From Coleofasciculus sp. B1-GNL1-01 (GTDB lineage Bacteria > Cyanobacteriota > Cyanobacteriia > Cyanobacteriales > Coleofasciculaceae): a stretch of DNA of 64,000 nt. Position 1 is the first letter of the stretch. Every line of letters starts with the position of its first letter. The translations under genes were made by a program, and so were the position numbers. Of the stretch, positions 1 to 9,248 are shown one piece after another. Where the stretch lies: assembly GCA_040220235.1 (NCBI GenBank), contig JAVJTO010000095.1. One strand, written 5' to 3'. The notes under the pieces were generated by a model, which saw only the letters and a list, made by a program, of their open reading frames with translations, did no database searches and was not told where the DNA came from.

Positions 1-140
1 GAGCTTCCAACTCCTTAAAAACAAGGACGGTCTTATTCGTCTTTGGGATTTCCCGCTTCATTCGCCGATGCCTCCAGAGGTTGCCCTCTATTGGTCTTAC
101 TCCGCGTCCACAGGCAGCCGTCCGCCTTCCGCAGACATTA
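1..140 (-). mobile_element. IS200/IS605-type TnpB 3'-end / omegaRNA-like remnant without a tnpB ORF (runs off the window edge)
   Basis: The minus strand reads TAACGRGVRP..RHRRMKREIP, resembling the TACG..VRP...MKQE.P tail of TnpB. It has a hairpin AGAGG-GCAA-CCTCT and ends in GGAAGCTC at the window edge. No tnpB ORF lies upstream. Confidence 0.5.
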
Positions 141-150
141 ACTGATGTTT

Positions 151-246
151 TCCGTAATTTCACGGTTTCTCTGATCAGTTATCAGATATCATACTGTAGG
201 TAGATGTTAAACACAAAATCCGTAATCATACGTAAAGCTACGGTAA
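151..246. promoter_or_regulatory. Cluster of CCGTA-N4-TACGG-like palindromic sites upstream of the hybrid kinase
   Basis: ccgtaatttcacgg, ccgtaatcatacgt and acgtaaagctacgg lie within 100 bp. The binding factor is unknown. Confidence 0.35.
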
Positions 247-302
247 GCGTATTGATTAAATCAACCCGCCAAGAAATTCTGTAAAAAATAATACATTTCA
301 TC

Positions 303-1433
303 ATGAACATCCCTCAAATCCTTATCGTTGAAGACGAAATCATCTTAGCTCGCACGATTTCCTTAACGATTGAGAACTTAGGATATCAAGTTGCCGGAAT
401 TGCTGATTCAGGCGAAGAGGCGATTCAAATCGTATCTGAAGTGCAGCCTGATTTAGTGTTAATGGATATTGTTTTAGAGGGAGAACTCAGTGGAATTGAA
501 GCCGCCGAACAAATCCGCGATCGCTTAGACATTCCCGTGATTTACCTCACCGCTTATGGCGATCAGGATACCATCAATAAAGCCACTCAAACTGATCCCT
601 TTGGCTACATTATCAAACCCATTGAACCCGACGAACTCAGCGCTACAATTAAAATTGCCCTACGTAAACATGACCTGTTAAAAACCCTTAACCAAGCGAA
701 AATCGAAGCGGAAGAAAACCAGCAAAACAAATCGCAAATGGTGTCCATGGTGTCTCATGAGGGTCGAAATTCCTTAACCGCCATCAAATCTTCCTCAGAC
801 ATCATGGAGCGATATAGTGAACGGTTAAGCGACGCCAAAAAACAAAAGCACATCCAAAAAATCCAACTCGCCGCCGACCAGATGTTGTGCTTGTTAGAAG
901 ATCTGCTATTTCTCAACAAAGCCGAATCTGGTATGTTCACCCTTCATCCCAGTTGGGTTGATTTAGACAACTTTTGTCAAGAGATAGTGGAGTCATTTGA
1001 AACGGGAGATGCTCAACCGACGATCCGGTTTAAATTTGTGGGCGAATCGAACACTTATCTGGATATGAACTTACTCAGACATATCCTGACCAATTTACTC
1101 AGCAATGCGATCAAATACTCTCCTAATAGCGGTGAAGTAAAATTTGAGATCACCTCGGCTCAGAAAACCGTTAGTTTTTGCATTCAAGACTCTGGGATTG
1201 GCATTCCCCCTGAAGACTTACAAAACCTTTTTACTGCCTTTCACCGCGCCCAAAATGTCGGTCAGATCAAGGGAACCGGGTTAGGACTATCCATTGTGAA
1301 ACAGTGTGTTGATTTGCATCAAGGAAGCATTGACGTAGACTCCAAAGTTGGCGCTGGGACTACTTTTACCGTCACCTTACCTGTATTGAATAATGAGACA
1401 GCTTCCTTAGAAAAACAAGCCGAATTTGCCTAA
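303..1433 (+). CDS. Hybrid response regulator / histidine kinase (REC-HisKA-HATPase)
   Basis: ILIVEDE, LVLMDI and YIIKP receiver motifs; SHEGRNSL H-box; NLLSNAIKY, DSGIGI and GTGLGL boxes. Confidence 0.93.
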   Translation: MNIPQILIVEDEIILARTISLTIENLGYQVAGIADSGEEAIQIVSEVQPDLVLMDIVLEGELSGIEAAEQIRDRLDIPVIYLTAYGDQDTINKATQTDPFGYIIKPIEPDELSATIKIALRKHDLLKTLNQAKIEAEENQQNKSQMVSMVSHEGRNSLTAIKSSSDIMERYSERLSDAKKQKHIQKIQLAADQMLCLLEDLLFLNKAESGMFTLHPSWVDLDNFCQEIVESFETGDAQPTIRFKFVGESNTYLDMNLLRHILTNLLSNAIKYSPNSGEVKFEITSAQKTVSFCIQDSGIGIPPEDLQNLFTAFHRAQNVGQIKGTGLGLSIVKQCVDLHQGSIDVDSKVGAGTTFTVTLPVLNNETASLEKQAEFA

Positions 1434-1435
1434 AC

Positions 1436-1730
1436 TAGGGGTTGCTGAATCAGTTTTGTGGTGGGAATAGGCAATAGGCAATGGGCAATGGGCAATGGGT
1501 AATGGGTAATGGGTAATGGGTAATAGCACCATTGTAAGCTGTCATGCATTTAAATTGGGAATGGGTAGCGAGCAAGATGCAAAGCCTGCGGCATGGCTTC
1601 GCTAAACGCACTACAATGATTTCGCCATTATTGATATTAAGGTTTAAATGCCGAACAGCTTAGAGACGCGCCATGGCGCGTCTCTACATAACATAAATGA
1701 TGTGTCCTAACCGTTATGGCGGTTGCTATA
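1436..1730. mobile_element. Nested repeat cluster: IS5-like end with STRR, MITE (1535-1662) inserted in a REP, IS630-like end
   Basis: TAGGGGTTGCTGAAT at 1436; (GGGYAAT)n at 1468-1524; inverted repeats TAAGCTGTCATGCATTTAAA / TTTAAATGCCGAACAGCTTA; REP GAGACGCGCCATGGCGCGTCTCTACA; ...GGTTGCTATA at 1730. Confidence 0.75.
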
Positions 1731-1849
1731 CCTCGATGGTCAGTAAGCTTGGTCGAACTGCGATCAGTACAAGTTGCTTGGTGTTGAGCGATTTTGAATT
1801 TTTCTTAATTTGTCCTAACCTTAGTGCGTACTGCTATATTAATCGTATA

Positions 1850-3766
1850 TTAATCGGGTAGAGTTAAGGTAAATGAAACCATCGCCTGATGTGAATTGTC
1901 TAACGGCTGACTCGCCACCTCAATTGCGCCATTGAGATGATTGACTAAACACTTGACTAATGCTAATCCTAATCCGGTTCCGGGAACAGCCTGCTTAGTA
2001 ATTCCTTGACCGCGCCGAAATTTCTCGAAAATATAGTTAATATCAGTGGGTAATATACCGTCACCGATATTGGTCAAGGTTAACACCAACTGATTGACCG
2101 CAGCATGAATGTGATACTCAACTTTGAGCGAAACCGTTGTATCAGGGTGGGAATATTTGCCAGCATTGGTTAACAATTCCAGCAGGATACGGTTTAAACT
2201 TTCTGGATCAGTGTGAATCATCAACGAGTTTAAGGAGCAATCTAGATTCAATGTCAATGACTTCGACGCCCATTTCTGCTCAAAATCCTGGGCTAATGTC
2301 TGGATTAGCAGGATTACGTCAATAGATCGCTTCTGGATATAAGCGGGATTGGATTCGAGTTGCTGTAAACTAAGTAAATCGTTAATCAGATCGATTTCTT
2401 GATTACACTGTTGCTCAAGAATGTCTAAATACTTTTGCCGACGCTTGGCGGGGAGTTTGGGTTGGCGTAACATACGAATTGCCAGACTCATCGCCGTTAA
2501 CGGGGTTCTCAGCTCATGATTCATGGTACTAATGAATTCTTCTTTAAGCTGATTTAATTCCTGAAGCTGATCCACCTGTTGGCGGATGCTTTGATGTAAC
2601 TGAGCGGGAACGGTTAAACAGGGGGATGGCTGAACCGAGTGATGGTTAAGGCGGGAGGGTTCTGGCTGTTGGTTTTGATGCTCGTGAATCAACTCACTCA
2701 GTTGCGTCGCCACCCATCTGATCCATTCAATGTCATCCCCTTGCCATAAACGGGGCTGATCCTGTTGGACAACCAAAAATCCCAACCGTTTCAGATGTTG
2801 AGAACCATTGCTAAAGGTGTGACACAGGGAAACCATTAACACTCCATGGCTAATCGCCTCCTCAAATAGGGAGATTTCTTGAGTTCTGATTGGAGTATTT
2901 GCCCAATCCGCGATCGCAATCGGTTCAGGTGTTTGTTTCCAAGCTGTTTGGCATAAGTAAGACTCGGATAACCGGAAGGATTGATTGAGTAATCGTTGGG
3001 AGTTTAGCTGAACTGATTGATCAAGCGTAGGGGTACACCATTCAGCGACAACTTTAACCTCAATTGGTGGCTGATGCTTGCCATCGTGATGCGGTTGATC
3101 GAGAGCATGATTATCATTAAACAGCAGTAGCCAACCCCGATCTGCCTGAAGTGCTTGAGTGGTACTAGCAACCACTTTTGCCATTGTCTCATCGAGATTG
3201 CGATCGCTCTGGATAAACTGACTGAATGGGGAAAGCAGCGTCTGGTATCGTTTAGACTGATCTACCTGCTGGGTAAGCTGAACGTGAGCGATGGCAACGG
3301 CTACAGATTCAGCCACCTCACTTAACCGTTGTTTGTCCTGTATTGTCCAATCATAAGGCTGCGATCGCCCTAACACGATCATCCCATTGATCCTGGATTG
3401 ACACCAGGTATAAAGCCTCAACACTGCCCTAACCGGGAGCCAATCCCAACACCGTTGATCGGCTAACTCCAGATCAGACTCCTGAATATCCCGAATTGCC
3501 AAAGGTTTTTCCACCCCAGTCAACCAGAGGTATTGCCCTAGGTTTTGCGGTTGAGGTTGTAGCTTGGAGCCGCCCTCGGCATACCATAATCCCAATTGGG
3601 GGATTGCGGTTTCTGGGGAGGGCGCTGCAATTAAGCAACAATCAACCTGAAACGCCTCACCTAATACCTGGGCAATACTCGCCAATAACGTCTGTGGATT
3701 GGGACTAGCAATGATCCTTGAAATAATCTGTTGTCCCAGTGGACTGGATGAAGGCGGGTAATGCAT
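1850..3766 (-). CDS. GAF-GAF sensor histidine kinase
   Basis: Two GAF-like segments (LGEAFQVDCCLI, ALQADRGWLL); MNHELRTPL H-box; ELLTNAGKY; GTGLGL. Confidence 0.9.
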   Translation of the reverse strand: MHYPPSSSPLGQQIISRIIASPNPQTLLASIAQVLGEAFQVDCCLIAAPSPETAIPQLGLWYAEGGSKLQPQPQNLGQYLWLTGVEKPLAIRDIQESDLELADQRCWDWLPVRAVLRLYTWCQSRINGMIVLGRSQPYDWTIQDKQRLSEVAESVAVAIAHVQLTQQVDQSKRYQTLLSPFSQFIQSDRNLDETMAKVVASTTQALQADRGWLLLFNDNHALDQPHHDGKHQPPIEVKVVAEWCTPTLDQSVQLNSQRLLNQSFRLSESYLCQTAWKQTPEPIAIADWANTPIRTQEISLFEEAISHGVLMVSLCHTFSNGSQHLKRLGFLVVQQDQPRLWQGDDIEWIRWVATQLSELIHEHQNQQPEPSRLNHHSVQPSPCLTVPAQLHQSIRQQVDQLQELNQLKEEFISTMNHELRTPLTAMSLAIRMLRQPKLPAKRRQKYLDILEQQCNQEIDLINDLLSLQQLESNPAYIQKRSIDVILLIQTLAQDFEQKWASKSLTLNLDCSLNSLMIHTDPESLNRILLELLTNAGKYSHPDTTVSLKVEYHIHAAVNQLVLTLTNIGDGILPTDINYIFEKFRRGQGITKQAVPGTGLGLALVKCLVNHLNGAIEVASQPLDNSHQAMVSFTLTLPD

Positions 3767-3967
3767 GAGTGAATACCTCTATGCTCCTAGGTGAGAACGG
3801 CGACAACAGTTTTAGTAGAAGACATATCCGACGTTTCACCTGCTTTCCCCAAGTGCTACAAGGCTTAGGGATTAATTTTCGGATTAGTCTCCAGACATCA
3901 GTCAAAGGATGGATTTTTGAAACGGTTGCTGCTGATACAACTGGCTCAAAGATAGATGGTCGTACTT

Positions 3968-3976
3968 AGTATTCCC
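3968..3976 (-). promoter_or_regulatory. Possible SigJ/SigF-type promoter box GGGAATACT upstream of the GAF kinase
   Basis: Exact GGGAATACT on the coding strand about 200 nt upstream of the start, matching the J-box described for Nostoc SigJ. Confidence 0.35.
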
Positions 3977-4119
3977 GTTCTGACGAGGGATATACCAACA
4001 GAGTTCATATTTTTTGAGAGAAATGTCGCGTCCCCGGAGCAAGGTGGATGAGATCATAAGCTTATGTCTCTTCATTCACACCAATAAACGAAGGACAAAT
4101 GACATAAGACAAATGACCA

Positions 4120-4989
4120 CTACTGCGACTGTCTCTGTTTTGCCTGCTGTTGAGCCAGTTGACTGTTTTGGCGATAAAGGATAACCCGATCTCTAGCGGT
4201 TTCATAACGGGGATGATCCGGGTTAACGCTACTCATCAGAGTTGATGCTTTCTCCCACCTCGCTGCTATATCTAACCACTGAGCGGCTGTATTCGCCGTT
4301 TTTCCCTCAGCATCAGCTTCAATGGCGATCCGAACCGCTTCGGTAAAGGGATCGGAAGGTGTTGCGGTTGTTGAGGGTGTTGGTGGTGAAGGTGAGACAG
4401 GTATGGGGGGAGGAGTTGGTTCTTGAGAAGTGGTGCTGGCGTAAGGAGAGGGAATTAAGCGATCGTAAACCAACCAACCTGCTAAAAGTAGGAGAACAAG
4501 AACGCTAATACCACCAACAAAACGGCGCTGGAAACGAGGGTTTTCCTTAACTTTGCGGGAGGATACCTGGGGAAGCTGAGTTTTCTTCTTTGGTTCAGTT
4601 TTAGAAGATTTGAATGCCTTTATCCCTTGCTGAAGCAGGTTAGGCTTACTCAGTACGATTTCTTGAGACCATAAAAGATGGTCTGGATTACGGCTGATTT
4701 CTTCTAACCATAGCAGTTGTTGCTCTTGCACAATACGACTGTTGATGTTTACCCGGCGAATGTTACGCGGCGCAATATCTTCCAGGATTTTTTGGATGTG
4801 GTTGACGAGAACAGAGCGCTCCAGGGGTTCGGCGACAGGTGCTTCACACAACAGGTGCAACACGCCATCCGCAAAAACCGCTCGGGTTCTGACGCGATCA
4901 TCGGCTAACTGTTGATTCAGAATTTGAATTATCGCCGCCACACTGCCTTGGTGAGCTTGTTTGGCGATATCATCCATCGAATCGTGCAT
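4120..4989 (-). CDS. Conserved cyanobacterial membrane-anchored hypothetical protein
   Basis: 289-aa ORF with an N-terminal AHQGSVAAI domain, one TM segment, a Pro/Thr linker and a helical C-terminal domain. Confidence 0.8.
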   Translation of the reverse strand: MHDSMDDIAKQAHQGSVAAIIQILNQQLADDRVRTRAVFADGVLHLLCEAPVAEPLERSVLVNHIQKILEDIAPRNIRRVNINSRIVQEQQLLWLEEISRNPDHLLWSQEIVLSKPNLLQQGIKAFKSSKTEPKKKTQLPQVSSRKVKENPRFQRRFVGGISVLVLLLLAGWLVYDRLIPSPYASTTSQEPTPPPIPVSPSPPTPSTTATPSDPFTEAVRIAIEADAEGKTANTAAQWLDIAARWEKASTLMSSVNPDHPRYETARDRVILYRQNSQLAQQQAKQRQSQ

Positions 4990-5130
4990 ATTGGGTTAAG
5001 CTATGGATTATGTCGCTAGGGCTGACTGTTATAATTTACCGTCCAGCGCTCTAGGACACAAGAATCCCACCTACTTCAGGGATGACAGGCTACCTGATTG
5101 GTAGATAGGGGGTAGGGGTTAGGGCATATT

Positions 5131-5186
5131 CATTGGTGTCAACTTAAGGTGAAAACCTCGGTTTGTGGCTTAAATTGACACCAATG
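5131..5186. mobile_element. 56-bp MITE, probably IS4-family related, with a 9-bp target duplication
   Basis: 18-bp TIRs CATTGGTGTCAACTTAAG / CTTAAATTGACACCAATG (1 mismatch); GGGCATATT duplicated at 5122-5130 and 5187-5195. Confidence 0.85.
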
Positions 5187-5236
5187 GGGCATATTGAGCC
5201 AATATTCTGGCTTTAAGGAATAATGGGGGCAGTGTA

Positions 5237-5268
5237 TTTACAAAGATTTACAATTATTAAGGTAAAAT
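5237..5268 (+). promoter_or_regulatory. HLR1 (RpaB-type) direct repeat and -10 box of the ndhM promoter
   Basis: TTTACAAA-GA-TTTACAAT fits KTTACAWW-N2-KTTACAWW exactly; TAAAAT at 5263-5268; SD AGGAGG before the ATG. Confidence 0.6.
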
Positions 5269-5292
5269 ATAGCCCAGACTAGGAGGGTTTCC

Positions 5293-5634
5293 ATGCTGCT
5301 TAAATCGACAACTCGTCACATTCGCATCTACGCTGCCGAGGTGCTAAACAGCGAATTAGTTGAGAGTGACAACGTTTTAACACTAGACGTTGACCCCGAT
5401 AATGAATTTAATTGGAGTGAAGATGCCCTGCAAAAAATCTATCGTAAGTTTGATGATTTTGTAGAAGCCTATAGCGGTGAAGATTTGACTGAGTATAATC
5501 TTCGCCGCATCGGCTCGGATTTAGAGCATTACATGCGATCGCTCCTGCAAAATGGTGAAATTAGCTACAACCTGGAGTGTCGGGTAATGAACTATAGCAT
5601 GGGATTGCCCCAGGTCGTGTCTCAGGACTCATAA
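5293..5634 (+). CDS. ndhM: NAD(P)H-quinone oxidoreductase subunit M
   Basis: MLLKSTTRHIRI...LDVDPDNEF...YNLRRIGSDLE...NYSMGLP signature. Confidence 0.95.
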   Translation: MLLKSTTRHIRIYAAEVLNSELVESDNVLTLDVDPDNEFNWSEDALQKIYRKFDDFVEAYSGEDLTEYNLRRIGSDLEHYMRSLLQNGEISYNLECRVMNYSMGLPQVVSQDS

Positions 5635-5642
5635 GTCCAACT

Positions 5643-5915
5643 CTAACGCCAAGTGCGATTGCCTTGTTCATCGGTGCGTGCTTGGCGAATGACATCAGAA
5701 ATTTCTTCAGCATCCTCAACATGGTGTAAGGCTTTTTCTTGCCCATTTTCGTCTTTCACGTTGAAGTAGGTTGGGACTTCAATGTGATCACCGGTAATAT
5801 CAGGAGCATCAACCGCGACTTTCTCAGATTTTTGTTCCAGGGTTTGCTCCTCTGGCGATACCTTATCACCGGGATTGAGCGTATCATGGGTATCTGGGCG
5901 TTCTGGCTTATTCAT
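5643..5915 (-). CDS. Small acidic hypothetical protein
   Basis: 90-aa hydrophilic ORF with SD AAGGAG upstream of the ATG. Confidence 0.75.
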   Translation of the reverse strand: MNKPERPDTHDTLNPGDKVSPEEQTLEQKSEKVAVDAPDITGDHIEVPTYFNVKDENGQEKALHHVEDAEEISDVIRQARTDEQGNRTWR

Positions 5916-5972
5916 AAAAAGCTCCTTGTACTTTGCCTGTCTAGTTTGATCCTAGAAAATCTATGGGGTGAT

Positions 5973-6233
5973 TTACCTCTTTCTAGAGTGAGAATTGTTC
6001 TGCAGGAATTGTTTGAGGGTTAAACGACGATTTTCCAAAAAACGACTCCAAAAACCTGGGATAAACTCATCCATCGTTTCGGCTAATGCCCACATTTCCA
6101 AGTTAATCATTTTGTACAATAGGTCATGGGAGTTCTCAATTTGCTCCATAAGCTGTTTCATTTCAACACTCGCAGGGGAGTTCAGCTCTTCAAAGGAGTG
6201 ATCATCGGAGGTGTCATAATCGGGCTTAGGCAT
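5973..6233 (-). CDS. Hypothetical protein (probable start MPKPDY; the ORF track extends it to 6341)
   Basis: Conserved-looking core LEMWALAETMDEFIPGFWSRF; the upstream extension looks like promoter sequence. Confidence 0.6.
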   Translation of the reverse strand: MPKPDYDTSDDHSFEELNSPASVEMKQLMEQIENSHDLLYKMINLEMWALAETMDEFIPGFWSRFLENRRLTLKQFLQNNSHSRKR

Positions 6234-6344
6234 ATTGTCTAAGATAATGATGGGCGTTTGGGGGAGGAACCATAAGTCCCACGCTATATCTAAGTCCAAA
6301 AAAAGTAGTATAAATAAAGTTATTTTTTCCCCTAGAGGCAACTA

Positions 6345-6623
6345 TTGTCTGTCAAAGATCCCTTGAATCCTTGGAATTATAAACCGTGGTGGTGTCAACC
6401 GTGGTCGATTCTCCTGACCGGAATCGTAATCATCGCGGGGAGTTGGATGCTAGCCAAAACGCCCTGGATAACCCTGATAGTGGCTACCCCCATTTTGGTT
6501 TGGTGGTTTTACTTTTTATGGCTGTGGCCCCGTCTCTTGCGGCAGAGTTACCTTGAGTTGAAAAATCGCCAACCCGATCAAGAATCCGAGTCGGTTGCCA
6601 CCATTTATCCCTCCAATGAGTGA
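6345..6623 (+). CDS. Small two-TM membrane protein (DUF6737-like)
   Basis: WNYKPWWCQPWSILLTG motif followed by two hydrophobic segments. Confidence 0.8.
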   Translation: MSVKDPLNPWNYKPWWCQPWSILLTGIVIIAGSWMLAKTPWITLIVATPILVWWFYFLWLWPRLLRQSYLELKNRQPDQESESVATIYPSNE

Positions 6624-6763
6624 ACGGCTTCTCAAATCAGACGCTAGAATTTGTAATCAGTAGGCTTATTTCAATGATCCCATAATGGATATGCATTGCG
6701 ATCGCGGCAGTGCGACTTCAACCGCCCAATTACCCCTAGCTAGATGTAGCCAAGAGTTTTTCC

Positions 6764-9124
6764 ATGGACAATCCTGCAGCAACCCTTCACTGCCCTAACT
6801 ACCGCTGTCAGGCTGCCAATCCCCCTGTCAATAAGTTTTGTCAGAACTGTCGCACGCCCTTGAAGCGGCGTTATCTGTGGGCGCTAGGATCGGGGATAGA
6901 AGCTTATCAGCCCGAATCGCTAATTGCCAACCGTTATGTGTTGGTCAGGGAACGGATTGTACTGGATACAAAACCAGCAACACCACCGGATACCCCTCAA
7001 GAGATTCCGGAGGAGTTGTTGCCCTATTTAAGACTCTCTCCCTATCGCTTACATATTCCCCAAGTCTATGGGCGACTGACAGGCGGTGAAAGACGCCAAG
7101 ATTCAGAAATCTGGCTCTTGGAAGATGCGCCGATTCTGGAAACCGATACGGCTGGGACTCAAGGAGAACTCTTTCCTCCCCTGAGAACCGTTTGGCAAGA
7201 GGCGACAGCAATACGCCAACTCAACTGGTTGTGGCAAATCGCGAACCTGTGGCAACCCTTAAGCAGTGAACGAGTGGCGACAAGTTTACTCAATCTCGAT
7301 TGGCTGCGTCCAGAATCCTCTATTCTGCATCTACTGGAACTTCAGAGAGATGAACCCGCCGCACCAACGCTTAAACAACTGGGTCAGTGCTGGTCTCAAC
7401 TCCAACCTGACGCCTCCTCGGTCATAAAAAAGTTTTTCGGGCAACTCTGTGATCAATTGACCCAAGGAAAAATTCGCACCGCCGAACAACTGGTGGGACT
7501 GCTTGATCAGGGAATCAAAGACTGTGGGCAAGGGCAATCGCGTCATTATCAGATTTTTACAGGTACGGATTCGGGTCCAGTTCGCCGCCACAATGAAGAT
7601 GCTTGTTACCCACCCATTGGACAACTATGGAGTCGCTCAACCGATGAAAATGCCTTAGCGATCGTCTGTGATGGGATTGGCGGACATGAAGGGGGGGAAG
7701 TAGCTTCGGGATTAGCCATCAATGTTTTGCGAGAGCAAGTGGAACGCCTCCATTTTGATCGCGACCATTGGAACCCAACCCATCTGACGCTACAACTTGA
7801 ACAAGCCGCCTGTGCCGCTAATGACGCCATCAGCCAGCAAAATGATAGCGAACATCGCTCTGAGCGACAGCGGATGGGTACAACCCTGGTCATGGCTCAA
7901 ACCAGCGCCCATGAAATATATATCACCCATGTCGGGGACAGTCGCGTCTACTGGGTAACGCGCCAAGGATGCCATCAAATTACCCAAGATGATGATCTAG
8001 CCTCCCGTGAAGTGCGATTGGGTTACACCTTGTATCGGTATGCTGTGCAACAGCCGACTTCTGGCTCATTAATCCAGGCTTTGGGCATGGCATCGTCTAA
8101 CACATTACATCCAACCACCCAGCGATTTATCCTGGACGAAGATAGTGTGTTTCTTCTCTGTTCCGATGGTCTCAGTGACCATGACCGAGTGGAACAATAC
8201 TGGCAAACCGAAATTCTGCCGATTCTGGACGGACAGCGTGATGTGCAAACCGCCGCTGACCATCTCATCGAAATAGCAAATCGGCAAAATGGTCATGATA
8301 ATGTTACGTTGGCGCTGCTCTATTGTCAGGTAACGGCATCAGCGGAAACAGCACCAACAGAACTTGCGCCGCCTCAGCCGGAATCGTTGCCTTTACCGAC
8401 AACGGAAACGCCATCGGAAACCCCAGCGACGACCACCATTGTCCCTTCCAAAATGAAAACCCAACCCTTGACCCGACCCAAACGGCGTCCTTGGGGACTT
8501 ATGTTGGCAATTGTTGTACTTTTGGTCGTGGGTGCAGGACTAGCTTACCTATTATTGCCTCGGCGTTGGCTTCAAGGATTTGTGAGGCAGAGTTCTAATT
8601 CTGATGCCCCAGTATCCGTGTCGGGGACGCCATCTCCAACCGCTAGTCCAACGCCAACGCCGGAAACGGTTTCGTCCTTGGAAAACTTGGCGCTGATGCG
8701 GGTGACTCGCTCAACGATTACGAATTCCCAAGGACAAGATGTTCCGTTGCTACTCCGATTAAATCCTCCGGAGGAAAATCTCTCACCCATTCGGTTAGTT
8801 CCCAGAGGGAGTGTCTTGCAAGTGATTCGGCAATCGTCCGATTCTGGGGAAGAGGATTGGCTGAAATTGAGAGTGTGTTCGACGGGGACGGAAAACGCCG
8901 AGACGCAATCGATACAGACCGCTCCAGCATCCCCTACCCTAGCGGACGCCAAACGGCGCCGCAACATTTATCCTCAGGTGCAGCCAGGAGAGAGGGGTTG
9001 GATAAAAGTTGTTAATATTCGCTCAAATGTTGACTTAAATGTTAACCCAACATTGGCACAAAAAGGCGTATGTGCAACGGCGCCTGAATCTGATGCTTTA
9101 ACGCCTTCCCTCAGTTCTCCGTAG
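6764..9124 (+). CDS. Membrane-anchored PP2C Ser/Thr phosphatase with N-terminal zinc ribbon and degenerate kinase-like domain (PrpJ-like)
   Basis: CPNYRC...CQNC; RRHNEDA, VCDGIGGH, MGTTL, HVGDSR, LCSDGL and GHDNVT PP2C motifs; TM LAIVVLLVVGAGLAYLLL. Confidence 0.9.
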   Translation: MDNPAATLHCPNYRCQAANPPVNKFCQNCRTPLKRRYLWALGSGIEAYQPESLIANRYVLVRERIVLDTKPATPPDTPQEIPEELLPYLRLSPYRLHIPQVYGRLTGGERRQDSEIWLLEDAPILETDTAGTQGELFPPLRTVWQEATAIRQLNWLWQIANLWQPLSSERVATSLLNLDWLRPESSILHLLELQRDEPAAPTLKQLGQCWSQLQPDASSVIKKFFGQLCDQLTQGKIRTAEQLVGLLDQGIKDCGQGQSRHYQIFTGTDSGPVRRHNEDACYPPIGQLWSRSTDENALAIVCDGIGGHEGGEVASGLAINVLREQVERLHFDRDHWNPTHLTLQLEQAACAANDAISQQNDSEHRSERQRMGTTLVMAQTSAHEIYITHVGDSRVYWVTRQGCHQITQDDDLASREVRLGYTLYRYAVQQPTSGSLIQALGMASSNTLHPTTQRFILDEDSVFLLCSDGLSDHDRVEQYWQTEILPILDGQRDVQTAADHLIEIANRQNGHDNVTLALLYCQVTASAETAPTELAPPQPESLPLPTTETPSETPATTTIVPSKMKTQPLTRPKRRPWGLMLAIVVLLVVGAGLAYLLLPRRWLQGFVRQSSNSDAPVSVSGTPSPTASPTPTPETVSSLENLALMRVTRSTITNSQGQDVPLLLRLNPPEENLSPIRLVPRGSVLQVIRQSSDSGEEDWLKLRVCSTGTENAETQSIQTAPASPTLADAKRRRNIYPQVQPGERGWIKVVNIRSNVDLNVNPTLAQKGVCATAPESDALTPSLSSP

Positions 9125-9168
9125 GAACACGACATATCTGTAGGAACACGACATGTCGTACCCCTACG
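9121..9168. repeat. GTAG-type REP with a duplicated left arm
   Basis: gtaggaacacgacat twice, then gtcgtacccctac; a related copy tagggacacgacatgtcgtgtcccta lies at 42820-42846. Confidence 0.7.
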
Positions 9169-9248
9169 GACATTTTGTGCTTTCCCTAACATGCTCCCAA
9201 GTGTAAGTCCTAGTCATGATAATATAAAATTTAAAATGGTTTTATTTT

